Below are positions 38,994 to 48,807 of a DNA stretch of 49,847 bases, one piece after another (the stretch's first letter is position 1; each line of letters starts with the position of its first letter). The stretch lies in contig JABMQW010000087.1 in NCBI GenBank assembly GCA_013203115.1, forward strand, positions 1 through 49,847. The letters are read 5' to 3'. The notes under the pieces are model-generated. The model saw only the letters and a program-made list of their open reading frames with translations, did not search any database and was not told where the DNA came from. A program made the position numbers and the translations under genes. Source of the DNA: Fidelibacterota bacterium (GTDB lineage Bacteria; Fidelibacterota; Marinisomatia; Marinisomatales; TCS56).

Positions 38994-39377
38994 GTGTACA
39001 ATCGCCATTTTGTTACTTTTATAGGAACTATAATAGTAACAAGTCTGTGTTATTGCCAAAATAATACAGGAAAAGCTGAAAAAGCTATTAGCATATATGA
39101 AGCTATGGAAGCCCCATCTGAAGAGGTGGGGCTTTTTAAATCATCGGCCATGATCTGGTTAAAAATATATAAATCTGTGATCTCATCGCAAGATGGCCCA
39201 ACATGTGTTTTCAACCCATCTTGTGGCACATATACAATTTATGCCATCAATAGATTCGGTGTGATTAAAGGAGTGTTACTTGCTGCAGATAGATTGCAAA
39301 GATGCCACACACTTGAAACGGAACATTATACTAATGATGGTAAAAAGCTACTTGATCCGTTACCGGATGAATTATAA
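38994..39377 (+). CDS. YidD-like (membrane protein insertion efficiency factor / haemolytic domain) protein
   Basis: YKSVISSQDGPTCVFNPSCGTY...AI..FGVIKGVLL..DRLQRCH is the three-Cys YidD motif; it has an extra hydrophobic N-terminus. Confidence 0.85.
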   Translation: MYNRHFVTFIGTIIVTSLCYCQNNTGKAEKAISIYEAMEAPSEEVGLFKSSAMIWLKIYKSVISSQDGPTCVFNPSCGTYTIYAINRFGVIKGVLLAADRLQRCHTLETEHYTNDGKKLLDPLPDEL

Positions 39378-39402
39378 TAGTTAATTATTTTTTAATATAG
39401 TT

Positions 39403-40230
39403 ATGTTCGCTATCCGAAACTTTTCAATTTTCATAATTTGTATTTGTACAGTTTCATATTGTAATAGTTTTGACGATCAGTTTACACCAAAGCGAATCAA
39501 GAAATTTGCAGATTATTTATTTGTTGAAAAGGATTACGAGCGTGCTTTGTATGAATATGAGAGATTTCTGTTTCTCACTAATAATACTTACGACGATACG
39601 ATAATATTTAATACTGGATTATGTTTCCAATATCTTGAGCGTTACGAATTGGCAATTGAGTTATTCAAGAATATCATTTCACAAAGCGCTGACAGTACAT
39701 ACCTAAAAAAGGCTGCCTTCGCACTGTATCACTCATACTACTTAAATAAACAATGGCACACTATCGTTGAGATGATGCCTTCAACTGATAGTGAATTTTA
39801 TTATTATTATTATGCCCATACCATGTTGATGGAAAAACCATTGGAGCGGAAATTTTTCGACATTATTACTGATACAGTCTTTTTAAATGCAATTTGGAGT
39901 TTAGAACAAGAAAGACAAAAAATTATTGATAAATCACCAATTTTTGCCAGTGTTTTGTCGGCCACATTACCCGGGCTTGGTAAAGTCTATTATGGTCGCA
40001 ACGGTGATGCATTATTTGCATTTGCCACAATAATTGGATCAGGATTGCTATCTTATCAGGCATTAAAAGAAAATCGATATTTATTGGGGGCTATATCAGG
40101 ATTTGCGTCAGTAACTTTATATATGGGATCAATATATGGTAGCTATCTGGGTGTCAAATGGTTTAATAAACAACAAAAACTCCATTGGCAGATAAAATTA
40201 GATTCAATCAAACCTTCAATTTCCTTTTAA
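39403..40230 (+). CDS. TPR-repeat protein with C-terminal TM2-like membrane segments
   Basis: FADYLF.EKDYERALYEYERFLF and GLCFQYLERYELAIELF (TPR); KSPIFASVLSATLPGLGKVYYG followed by two hydrophobic helices. Confidence 0.75.
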   Translation: MFAIRNFSIFIICICTVSYCNSFDDQFTPKRIKKFADYLFVEKDYERALYEYERFLFLTNNTYDDTIIFNTGLCFQYLERYELAIELFKNIISQSADSTYLKKAAFALYHSYYLNKQWHTIVEMMPSTDSEFYYYYYAHTMLMEKPLERKFFDIITDTVFLNAIWSLEQERQKIIDKSPIFASVLSATLPGLGKVYYGRNGDALFAFATIIGSGLLSYQALKENRYLLGAISGFASVTLYMGSIYGSYLGVKWFNKQQKLHWQIKLDSIKPSISF

Positions 40231-40241
40231 TGAAATATTAA

Positions 40242-41069
40242 ATGATTGTATTAGTTCTCTGTATTTTATTATCCCTAGGACAAGCACAAACAGCTGGAGA
40301 TTTGTTTTATAACTTAGGTTTCTATAGTGAGGCAATTACAGAATATAAAAGAAGTCTATTTTTTTGTGATAATTGTGATCAAAATTTAATCAATTATAAA
40401 ATTGCGAAGTGTTATTACAAAAATGATCAAAGTCAAGAATCTGAGGAAATTTTATTAAAGATAATAAACAATAGTGCTGAGAATGAATTAGTAAAAAACT
40501 CGCTTCTTTTTTTGGGTACTATTCATTGGGATAAATATTACTATGATGAGCTACGAGCAGCATTGAATAAAGTGATTCCCTTATTAGATACTACTTATGT
40601 ACAAGATATAGAATATTTAATTGCTTGGACTTACATATATGAAGCCAATTGGGAACAAAGTAAAGCCGTGCTTCAGGAATTAGAATATCCATTTGTTGAT
40701 AACTTAATTGTAGATATAATAAATACTAAAGATGTTATCCAAAAATCCACAATGGATGCTCGGTATCTATCGATTATTCTACCAGGTGCTGGACAACTAT
40801 ATAATCGAGATTATAAAAATGCATTATTCTCATTCTTATTAGTCGGGTCTATAGAAGCTAGTATTGTTTATGACCTGGTTAATAAAGCATATATTTCAGC
40901 ATTGTTTAAATATTTGTTTTTATTTACTCGCTATTCAAAAGGGTCTAGATATGTCATGGAATCTAAAATTGCACGGGATAATGTTAGCAGAATGGGTGAT
41001 TATTTAAAAACAATGGCAATTAAATATCCTGATCCTACAAAAATATTCAATGATTTGATTAGCTATTAA
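40242..41069 (+). CDS. TPR-repeat protein with C-terminal TM2-like segment (paralogous architecture to the upstream gene)
   Basis: GDLFYNLGFYSEAITEYKRSLF and YKIAKCYYK (TPR); KSTMDARYLSIILPGAGQLY. Confidence 0.75.
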   Translation: MIVLVLCILLSLGQAQTAGDLFYNLGFYSEAITEYKRSLFFCDNCDQNLINYKIAKCYYKNDQSQESEEILLKIINNSAENELVKNSLLFLGTIHWDKYYYDELRAALNKVIPLLDTTYVQDIEYLIAWTYIYEANWEQSKAVLQELEYPFVDNLIVDIINTKDVIQKSTMDARYLSIILPGAGQLYNRDYKNALFSFLLVGSIEASIVYDLVNKAYISALFKYLFLFTRYSKGSRYVMESKIARDNVSRMGDYLKTMAIKYPDPTKIFNDLISY

Positions 41070-41070
41070 T

Positions 41071-41278
41071 AATGAACCGCACCGCAAAGTTGCGTAGAGT
41101 TCAAGTAAGGTTTCGATAAAATTGACCCACCTACCATATTTGATTATATACGACAGAAATAGACAAACCTGTTTATCGAAGTATCGGCTACGGTACGCAG
41201 GAGGATAATCCGTCCCGATGAAATTGGGAGGGATCTCCCGGCAGGTCGGGACTGTGATCCCACTCGAGGATAACCCCA
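41071..41278. repeat. Intergenic cluster of degenerate palindromes (REP- or MITE-like)
   Basis: TTCGATAAA (41112-41120) and TTTATCGAA (41172-41180) form an inverted repeat; TCCCG-GCAGGT-CGGGA hairpin; CGTCCCGATG at 41211-41220 also occurs at 38235-38244; GAGGATAA occurs twice. Confidence 0.4.
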
Positions 41279-41459
41279 CTTTCTCTAAGGAAGAATTAAG
41301 GTTTTTCTTTTGTATTATATGATTAGTATTAATGTTGATAATCAAGGACAAAATTTTAACGATAACTTAGGATTAATAATTTAATGGGTGATTTTTCCAT
41401 AGCAATAATCCGGGAAAGGCTTAATATCAATTATGGTAAAAATCATATTGGGATCGTAA

Positions 41460-44400
41460 ATGTTCAAGTCTGCCGGAGTATTATTAATTCTTTTTTCAGC
41501 ATTATTAATGTTTGGATGTGCCTCCTTCCAACCGGGCGCCAGGGATTACGAATCAGGACAATTCCCTGCAGCGCAGCGGGAATTCCGGGCGGCCTGGGTA
41601 GCCACCGTAGCCAATATCAACTGGCCCAGCGAACCGGGATTATCCACTGCGCAGCAGCAAGAAGAAGCAATTGAACTGCTTGATCATCTGCAGTACCTCA
41701 ATTTCAATGCCGTAATATTTCAAGTACGGCCGCAATGCGATGCGCTCTATGCCAGTGAATTGGAACCCTGGTCCTATTATCTGAGCGGTATTCAAGGTCA
41801 GGCGCCGGAACCCTATTATGATCCCTTGAAATTCTGGATTGAAGAAGCGCACAAGCGGGGAATGGAGCTGCATGCCTGGCTGAATCCCTACCGGGCGCAT
41901 CATGTCAGTGGTGGACCGGTGAGTGACCGGTCGATCGTTAAGCAAAATCCGGAGCTGGTCGTCCAGTTGTCTACAGGTTACTGGTGGCTGGATCCCAGTA
42001 AGGCCCGGACCCAGGATCATTCCCTGGCTGTTGTAATGGATATTATTCGGCGCTATGATGTGGATGGCATCCATTTTGACGATTATTTTTACCCCTATCC
42101 ATCCTACAACGATAACCAGGATTTTCCTGATGACTCCAGTTGGGCAGATTATCAGGCTAGTGGCGGTAAATTAAACCGTGGTGACTGGCGCCGGGATGGG
42201 GTGAACCAATTCATCCAGCGACTGTATGGCGATATTAAAAAAGTAAAACCACATGTGAAATTTGGCTTGAGTCCTTTTGGAATCTGGCGTCCGAATCACC
42301 CTGCATCCATTAGCGGTTTTGATCAATATTCAAAGCTTTATGCCGATGCTCGATTGTGGTTGAAAAAAGGCTGGATCGACTATTTCACACCCCAGTTATA
42401 CTGGACGGTCAATCGTATTCCTCAGAGTTATCCGGTTCTACTGGGTTGGTGGGCAGGAGAGAACCATCATGACCGCCACCTCTGGCCCGGTATCAATATC
42501 GGCCGGCACGGTGAGGAGGGCGCTGATGAAACGGTAAATCAGATCATGATTACACGTGGCATGCTCCCTCAAAGTCCGGGGAATGTACACTGGAGTTTTG
42601 CGCCCCTGATTTCCAACCAGAGTTTGGCATCGGCTTTAATTAAAGGTCCTTATCATAAACCGGCCCTGGTGCCGGCATCGCCCTGGCTTGATAAATCACC
42701 ACCAGTGCCACCTGTCCCCCTTGCCACTCTGCAGGATGATCAAATGAAAATTAATTGGTCGCACCCTGAACCGGCCGATGTTTTCCGTTGGGTCTTATAT
42801 TTTCAATACGGTAAATCCTGGGATTATACCATTCTGAACCAGCCGGACGACACTTACAATCTGCCACTCTATACTTTAAGAGACCTAAGCCCGGAGGAAC
42901 TGAGTGATTCAGACTCACTCCGCATCCCGGAATTGATCAATTCTCTTAATACGGTCAGGATTACTGCTGTTGACCGGGTTGGTAATGAAAGCAACTTCAC
43001 TGAAGTTTCAGTCCCGGCTCCTGATCTGGCTACCGAACTAACACTCAACGCTTTATTAGATAGGTATGCTATGGATAATCCATCCTATACCTGGGCTCAA
43101 AAAAGCGCCCGGTTAGACCAAGCTTATACTGCTGTACGGGTATATAAACACCCGTTGAAGGATCTTAAATATGTTCATGTTGATTCAATGTTGCGGTTGC
43201 TGCAGACTAAGTACCCGGATCGTTTTCAATATCTGCCAGTTGGTGAGTCAGTTGAGAAACGTCCGATCAATCTGGTAAAATTAGGTACTGGTGAAACCCG
43301 AATTCTGTTATGGAGTCAGATGCATGGCGATGAACCAACGGCCACGGCCGCTCTATTTGATGTATTCAATTACCTGTGTGCCAATGCTGATCTGCAACCG
43401 GCCAAATCGATTTTGGAGAATACAACCATCTTGGCAGTACCGATGTTGAATCCCGATGGAGCCGAGCGTTTTATACGCCGTAATGCCCAGGGATTAGATA
43501 TTAACCGTGATGCCAGAAATCTTCAATCACCGGAAGGCAGGATCTTATTCCAGCTACAAGAAAAATATCAACCGGACTTCGGTTTTAATCTGCATGACAT
43601 GAGTACCCGCGAAACAGTGGGCGAGACGGATAAGCTGGTTGCTCTGGCTTTGATGGCGCCACCATTTAATGAAAAAAATGATGATAACAGGGTGCGAACG
43701 CGAGCCAAACAAATCACTGCTGTAATCATGGATGCCTTAAATCCTTTTATTGAGGGTCATATTGCCAAATATGATGCTGATTATATGCCGCGGGCTTTTG
43801 GTGATTCCATGCAGAATTGGGGTGTAAGTACGGTACTGGTTGAATCAGCTGGTTGGTTTGGTGAAGCAGATGAGTTCCTGCAGAAGATCAATTTTATTGC
43901 CTACCTAACTGCTTTTGAAGCGATTGCCAGCGGTGAATACTCTGTTGCAGATCCGGATCGATATAACAAATTACCGCTGAATGGCCGCGATCTATACGAT
44001 CTGATTATCCAAGACGTGGCAGTAATTGACGGTACCGGAATTCCGGCTTTCAAAGCTGACATTGCCGTTAATCTCATTGATGGTAATGGTCGTATTGTTG
44101 ATCTTGGTGATCTGGATGTATTTGCTGCTAAGGATACTGTAAATGGGGAAAACCTGTATCTAACGCCCGGATTTATCGGTTTTGTAGATGTTGAATCAAT
44201 ACCATTAGACGATCTGGTTTCTGTTTCCCGGCAATTGCTTAGCCAGGGATTTACGACCCTGATTTACGCCCTGTCGCAGGGGGGAAAAGACCAGCGCGAC
44301 CGGATTTCAGCAGTTTTAAAGGAATCCGGATATGAAGGAAATTGGGAATCAGCGGTTAAGGTAAATAAAAGGGTAACTAAGCCTGCATCAATTATAGAAT

Positions 44401-44732
44401 TATTAGAGCAACTGGATGATTGTATCGGAATCCTGGTGGAGCAGAATTCCCTGATAGTAGATGATTTCAAAAAGTATTCGGATAAGCCGTTGGTTAAAAT
44501 CGATAGTTTTTTCAGCAACAATAATCTTTCCGTGCTCGATGAAACCCTGGTTAAGGAATTTACCAGCGACCAGAGTAAGCGCTGGGCACTAACAGGGAAA
44601 GGGAAAATACGATCGGGTCAGGTAGCTGACTTTATACTATTAGAGAAAAATTCTTCGGGTCCACCTATAGTTAGAGCGGTTTATGTCAGTGGAAAGTTGG
44701 TCTGGGAGGACGAGGATTGGGAAACACACTGA
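41460..44732 (+). CDS. Fusion lipoprotein: GHL10 (DUF187, YddW/DigH-like) glycosyl hydrolase, FN3, M14 zinc carboxypeptidase and a degenerate amidohydrolase-like domain
   Basis: Lipobox LMFGC. GHL10: EFRAAWVATVANINWP, FQVRP, HAWLNPYR, DGIHFDDYFYPY, DYFTPQLYW. M14: SQMHGDEP, NPDG, RRNAQGLDINRD, NLHD, LVES. Tail: VIDGTG...ADIAV...GRIV...LTPGFI and GKIRSGQVADFILL. Confidence 0.85.
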   Translation: MFKSAGVLLILFSALLMFGCASFQPGARDYESGQFPAAQREFRAAWVATVANINWPSEPGLSTAQQQEEAIELLDHLQYLNFNAVIFQVRPQCDALYASELEPWSYYLSGIQGQAPEPYYDPLKFWIEEAHKRGMELHAWLNPYRAHHVSGGPVSDRSIVKQNPELVVQLSTGYWWLDPSKARTQDHSLAVVMDIIRRYDVDGIHFDDYFYPYPSYNDNQDFPDDSSWADYQASGGKLNRGDWRRDGVNQFIQRLYGDIKKVKPHVKFGLSPFGIWRPNHPASISGFDQYSKLYADARLWLKKGWIDYFTPQLYWTVNRIPQSYPVLLGWWAGENHHDRHLWPGINIGRHGEEGADETVNQIMITRGMLPQSPGNVHWSFAPLISNQSLASALIKGPYHKPALVPASPWLDKSPPVPPVPLATLQDDQMKINWSHPEPADVFRWVLYFQYGKSWDYTILNQPDDTYNLPLYTLRDLSPEELSDSDSLRIPELINSLNTVRITAVDRVGNESNFTEVSVPAPDLATELTLNALLDRYAMDNPSYTWAQKSARLDQAYTAVRVYKHPLKDLKYVHVDSMLRLLQTKYPDRFQYLPVGESVEKRPINLVKLGTGETRILLWSQMHGDEPTATAALFDVFNYLCANADLQPAKSILENTTILAVPMLNPDGAERFIRRNAQGLDINRDARNLQSPEGRILFQLQEKYQPDFGFNLHDMSTRETVGETDKLVALALMAPPFNEKNDDNRVRTRAKQITAVIMDALNPFIEGHIAKYDADYMPRAFGDSMQNWGVSTVLVESAGWFGEADEFLQKINFIAYLTAFEAIASGEYSVADPDRYNKLPLNGRDLYDLIIQDVAVIDGTGIPAFKADIAVNLIDGNGRIVDLGDLDVFAAKDTVNGENLYLTPGFIGFVDVESIPLDDLVSVSRQLLSQGFTTLIYALSQGGKDQRDRISAVLKESGYEGNWESAVKVNKRVTKPASIIELLEQLDDCIGILVEQNSLIVDDFKKYSDKPLVKIDSFFSNNNLSVLDETLVKEFTSDQSKRWALTGKGKIRSGQVADFILLEKNSSGPPIVRAVYVSGKLVWEDEDWETH

Positions 44733-44944
44733 CGAAGTATGCAGAGTGGTAACTTTTCGACGCACCAATCTATAGACGGATTTTTATCGTGACTTCGACT
44801 GGTGCACTGACCGAATCTTTAGCATTGTGCAGCATGCTTTTAAATTTCTCCTTAATAAACTGTGTGCTCACTCGATTATTTTCAAATACAAACACGACTT
44901 AAGGGCGGGACTCTGCAATTATCTTGATAATTTTTCAATGAACT

Positions 44945-46600
44945 ATGGGTAAAGCGAGTAAAAAAATAATCTGCATTTTACACGGCTATCTGTTGGAGGG
45001 TTCCGGGAGTAATCTTTGGACACGCTCAATAATCCGATCATTATGTCAGCAAGGTCAGACTGTCCACCTGCTGTGTCAGGAGAATCATCCTGAAATCTAT
45101 GATTTTATCGCCGCGGTTTATCACTATTATCCTGATGGGATAATTAAGACCAAGTTACAACGTGCTGTGCCCTATCCTGGCCGGTGTATTATGCATAAAC
45201 CTTACCTTGGTGAGACATTACCGGTATATGTTTGGGATAAATATGATGAATTTGCTGATGTCCAACCAATGATCCAATTGCCAGATGAAAAAATAGAAAA
45301 ATACTTGGATGCAAATATCCTGGTACTGAGGCAAATCGTCAAGGAACAGCACGTCAAAATATTACATGCTAATCATGCCGTGCTTATGTCTGTCGTCGCC
45401 CAGCGTGTGGCGGAGGAGTTTTCTCTTCCATACGCCATTATGCCGCACGGCAGCGCAATTGAATATGCCGTTAAAAAAGATAAGCGTTTTTTCGACTATG
45501 CCTTAGAAGCCTGCTCGGCTGCTGATCTCATTTTCGTGATTGGTAAAGAAATTCGACAACGAGTGCACAACCTTTTTCCCCAGATTAAAGACCTGGATTC
45601 CAAAATGATTGATCTGAATTTGGGAGTCGATACCAGTCTGTTCCGACCAGTTGATAGACAAGACAGAACTGGGCATATTTACGAATTATGCACCTCTCTA
45701 ACAGACACCGAACGAGGGAAAAAACCGGAACAGAGCAGCGCTTTGCGGGAGGCTCTTTTTAATACGATAAGTAAACCGGAGTTACTTGGGTTAATTAAGA
45801 CCAACTCAAAGTATAATGGCAAGCTTACCGATTTTAATGTCGAGCACCGTCTCACTGGTCTTAACTGGCAGCAGGCTCAGGTTATCTTATTTGTTGGCCG
45901 GTTGATTGCCAGTAAGGGTATTCACTCAATTATTGCCGCCCTGCCCTATATATTTGAAAAATTTCCCAAAGCCTGCCTAATAATTGTTGGACATGGACCG
46001 TTGCGTGAACCGCTGGAAGCACTGCTCTGGGCACTTGAAAATGGATCTCGATCATTAGTGGAAAATATAGTTGATTGGGGAACCGAACTGGAGGGATCAG
46101 GTAATCAGCCCTTAGTGGAGATACGTCATTATTTCGACCGTTTACAGGTGGCTGGAACCCTGGAAAAGTACTTCGACAAAGCCCGGCGCTATATTCGTGA
46201 AGACCGGGTCATATTTACCGGTTATTTAACACATCGGGAACTGCGTTACCTGTTTCCGGCTTGTGATGTGGCTATCTTTCCCTCGGTTGTTGCTGAAGCA
46301 GGACCGCTGGTATTCCTGGAAGCACTCGCGTCGGGTTGTTTCCCTATCGGCACCTATTTTGCCGGTATGGCAGCCAGTATCGATTCAATTGCCGGTGCTG
46401 TGCCGGATAGAATCCTTGAAATGATGAAACTCAGCCCCGAAACGGAGAATACAGTAAGTGAACTGGTGAAAAATGTCACCAACGCCTTCAGTATTGGGAA
46501 TACCTATAAAACGGTTTTACATGAACTTGCTGTTGAAAAGTACGACTGGCAAAAAATTAGCCTGCGACTGTCCAAAGAACTATTTGATTTAACAAAGTAA
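44945..46600 (+). CDS. GT4-family glycosyltransferase
   Basis: GSGS N-terminal loop, HANH, PHGS, LGVDTSLF, ILFVGRLIASKG and FPSVVAEAGPLVFLEALASG (EX7E motif). Confidence 0.9.
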   Translation: MGKASKKIICILHGYLLEGSGSNLWTRSIIRSLCQQGQTVHLLCQENHPEIYDFIAAVYHYYPDGIIKTKLQRAVPYPGRCIMHKPYLGETLPVYVWDKYDEFADVQPMIQLPDEKIEKYLDANILVLRQIVKEQHVKILHANHAVLMSVVAQRVAEEFSLPYAIMPHGSAIEYAVKKDKRFFDYALEACSAADLIFVIGKEIRQRVHNLFPQIKDLDSKMIDLNLGVDTSLFRPVDRQDRTGHIYELCTSLTDTERGKKPEQSSALREALFNTISKPELLGLIKTNSKYNGKLTDFNVEHRLTGLNWQQAQVILFVGRLIASKGIHSIIAALPYIFEKFPKACLIIVGHGPLREPLEALLWALENGSRSLVENIVDWGTELEGSGNQPLVEIRHYFDRLQVAGTLEKYFDKARRYIREDRVIFTGYLTHRELRYLFPACDVAIFPSVVAEAGPLVFLEALASGCFPIGTYFAGMAASIDSIAGAVPDRILEMMKLSPETENTVSELVKNVTNAFSIGNTYKTVLHELAVEKYDWQKISLRLSKELFDLTK

Positions 46601-46692
46601 ATACAATTTTAAGTATACATCTGTTGCTTTCACTTTTTTACTACTTTACATTTGCTATAACACTACAATCGGCAATATTGTCTAAATCGTAA

Positions 46693-48594
46693 ATGTTCAA
46701 CAATGGAGTGAAAATGAAACGGCAACTACAAATATTGGCATCACTTTCTGTTTTGGTAGTACAAGTGTTGATCGGAGATGTTGGACCCAAATATGAGTTT
46801 CGTTCGGTTTGGATAGCCACGGCCGCACCGGATTTTCCACTGTCATATTCTGTCAGTGCCCAAAAAAGTGAAATCAGAAACATGTTGGACGTCTTGAAAA
46901 ATGCAGGATTCAATTCGGTGATTTTTCAGGTAAGACCAGGCTGCGATGCTTTTTATGATTCCAATTATGAACCCTGGTCTCATCTGTTAACCGGAACCTC
47001 AGGTCAAGCACCTAATCCCCTTTATGATCCTTTGAATTATTTTATTTCCCAAGCCCATTCCCGCGGAATGGAATTACATGCCTGGTTCAATCCCTATCGT
47101 GTCAGCACCTCCAGCAATCTGGCAGGTCTTGACAGCAGCCATGTTTACCATCAACATCCGGAATGGGTTTTGACTGTTGTGAATCAGGGAGCAAGTGCTA
47201 TATTTCCTGAAACCGGCGGTATGTATTCTAATACATTATTAATTGAAAGCGAAGATACCAACCGGGATGAGCGTACCACTACCGTCATCCTGGATCCAGG
47301 CCGGGCTGCTGTAAGAGAATATGTTATCAATGTTTTTTTGGACGTTGTCAATCGCTATGCGATCGATGGCGTTCATATGGATGATTATTTTTATCCCTAT
47401 GGTGGGATGAGTAATGAAGATGCGGCCACCTTTGCCGCTGAACCTCGTGGTTTTACTGACATACATAATTGGCGCCGGGACAATATTAATCTGCTTGTCC
47501 AGGGGATATATGACAGTATCCAAGTTGTGAAACCATGGGTCAAATATGGAGTCTCACCTTTTGGAATATGGAAAAGCGGTGTTCCACCGGGAATCGTTGG
47601 AATGAGCTCTTATTATGATATTTACTGCGATCCGATCGCCTGGTTACAAGCAGGTACTGTCGACTATATCACACCGCAGTTATATTGGCCTTTCGGTGGA
47701 GGCCAGGATTATGGAACGTTAATGCCTTGGTGGGCAGACTCAATAGCAACGCATGATCGTCATCTGTATGTTGGCCATGCTCCCTACCGAATCTCTACTT
47801 CTCATGATTGGTCTGCTGAAGAGCTTCCGAATCAAATCAGATTAAATCGTCAAACGGCGGGCTGCCAGGGAAGTGTGTTTTTTCGTATTAGATACGGTGT
47901 CATGAATAATCCCAAGGGTTTTCTTGACTCCTTAAGGAATGATTTTTACAGGTTCCCCGCTCTCACCCCGCTGATGCTCTGGAAAGATAGTATTCCCCCC
48001 AATGACCCCTGCAGCGTTTTCGTGGAATCGAATGATAATAATCACATTATATCATGGTGTAGCCCTCCGGCGGCTTCGGATGGTGATACAGCCGCAAAAT
48101 ATGTAATCTATCGTTCACTGTCAGTACCGCCAGATGTAAGCGATCCGGCAAATATAGCAGCTATTGTTCCAGGCACTGAAAATGAGTATATTGATCAAAC
48201 CACCAGTTGGTATCTTTATGCTGTCAGCTCATTAGACAAACTGAATAATGAGAGTAATCCCATAAGTGCCACAATCTTAGGTGGGATTTCTTCCGGTGAT
48301 ACCGCTATCATTCCGGGAACATTCACGCTTCATTCCAATTGTCCAAATCCATTTAATCCAACCACTACCATTAAATATGACCTTCCCGAAAACTGCCTGG
48401 TAAAGCTTGTGATCTATGACATACTGGGGCACCAAGTGATCGAGCTGGTAAATGAATATCAGTTAGCCGGGCTTAAATTAGTCCAATGGGACGGGAATAA
48501 TAAGTATGGTCAGGTCGTGAGTAATGGTATGTATTTCTATGCCGTACAGGCCGGAAGTCACGCAGCAATTAAAAAAATGATCTTTTTGAAGTAG
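46693..48594 (+). CDS. Secreted GHL10 (DUF187) glycosyl hydrolase with FN3 and FlgD-Ig CTD
   Basis: EFRSVWIAT, FQVRP, HAWFNPYR, DGVHMDDYFYPY, DYITPQLYW; CTD NCPNPFNPTT...KKMIFLK. Probable start ATG 46714 after GGAG. Confidence 0.9.
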   Translation: MFNNGVKMKRQLQILASLSVLVVQVLIGDVGPKYEFRSVWIATAAPDFPLSYSVSAQKSEIRNMLDVLKNAGFNSVIFQVRPGCDAFYDSNYEPWSHLLTGTSGQAPNPLYDPLNYFISQAHSRGMELHAWFNPYRVSTSSNLAGLDSSHVYHQHPEWVLTVVNQGASAIFPETGGMYSNTLLIESEDTNRDERTTTVILDPGRAAVREYVINVFLDVVNRYAIDGVHMDDYFYPYGGMSNEDAATFAAEPRGFTDIHNWRRDNINLLVQGIYDSIQVVKPWVKYGVSPFGIWKSGVPPGIVGMSSYYDIYCDPIAWLQAGTVDYITPQLYWPFGGGQDYGTLMPWWADSIATHDRHLYVGHAPYRISTSHDWSAEELPNQIRLNRQTAGCQGSVFFRIRYGVMNNPKGFLDSLRNDFYRFPALTPLMLWKDSIPPNDPCSVFVESNDNNHIISWCSPPAASDGDTAAKYVIYRSLSVPPDVSDPANIAAIVPGTENEYIDQTTSWYLYAVSSLDKLNNESNPISATILGGISSGDTAIIPGTFTLHSNCPNPFNPTTTIKYDLPENCLVKLVIYDILGHQVIELVNEYQLAGLKLVQWDGNNKYGQVVSNGMYFYAVQAGSHAAIKKMIFLK

Positions 48595-48765
48595 AAGGAG
48601 AATAGATACTATTAGTCGGAACTAAATAATCATCTAATTTTTGAATCTTATACCTGCAGAAAATAATGGATACTAAATTTGTATTTTTGATCTAAGCAGA
48701 AAGGATTGAAATGGAATTGTCAGTCAAAAAATTGAAGTGACCCCGTGAATTAATTACTTTCCGGG

Positions 48766-48789
48766 CCGACACCGACTCATTGGTGTCGG
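48766..48789. terminator. Hairpin between convergent genes
   Basis: CCGACACC(GA) pairs with (TT)GGTGTCGG, 19 nt past the stop of the minus-strand gene; no clear U-tract. Confidence 0.4.
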
Positions 48790-48807
48790 GATTAACCCTG
48801 CCACCTG

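Noticed and set aside
48733-48762. TGAAGTGACCCC..., reminiscent of an IS3-family terminal repeat
   Set aside because: No partner repeat, TSD or transposase remnant found nearby.
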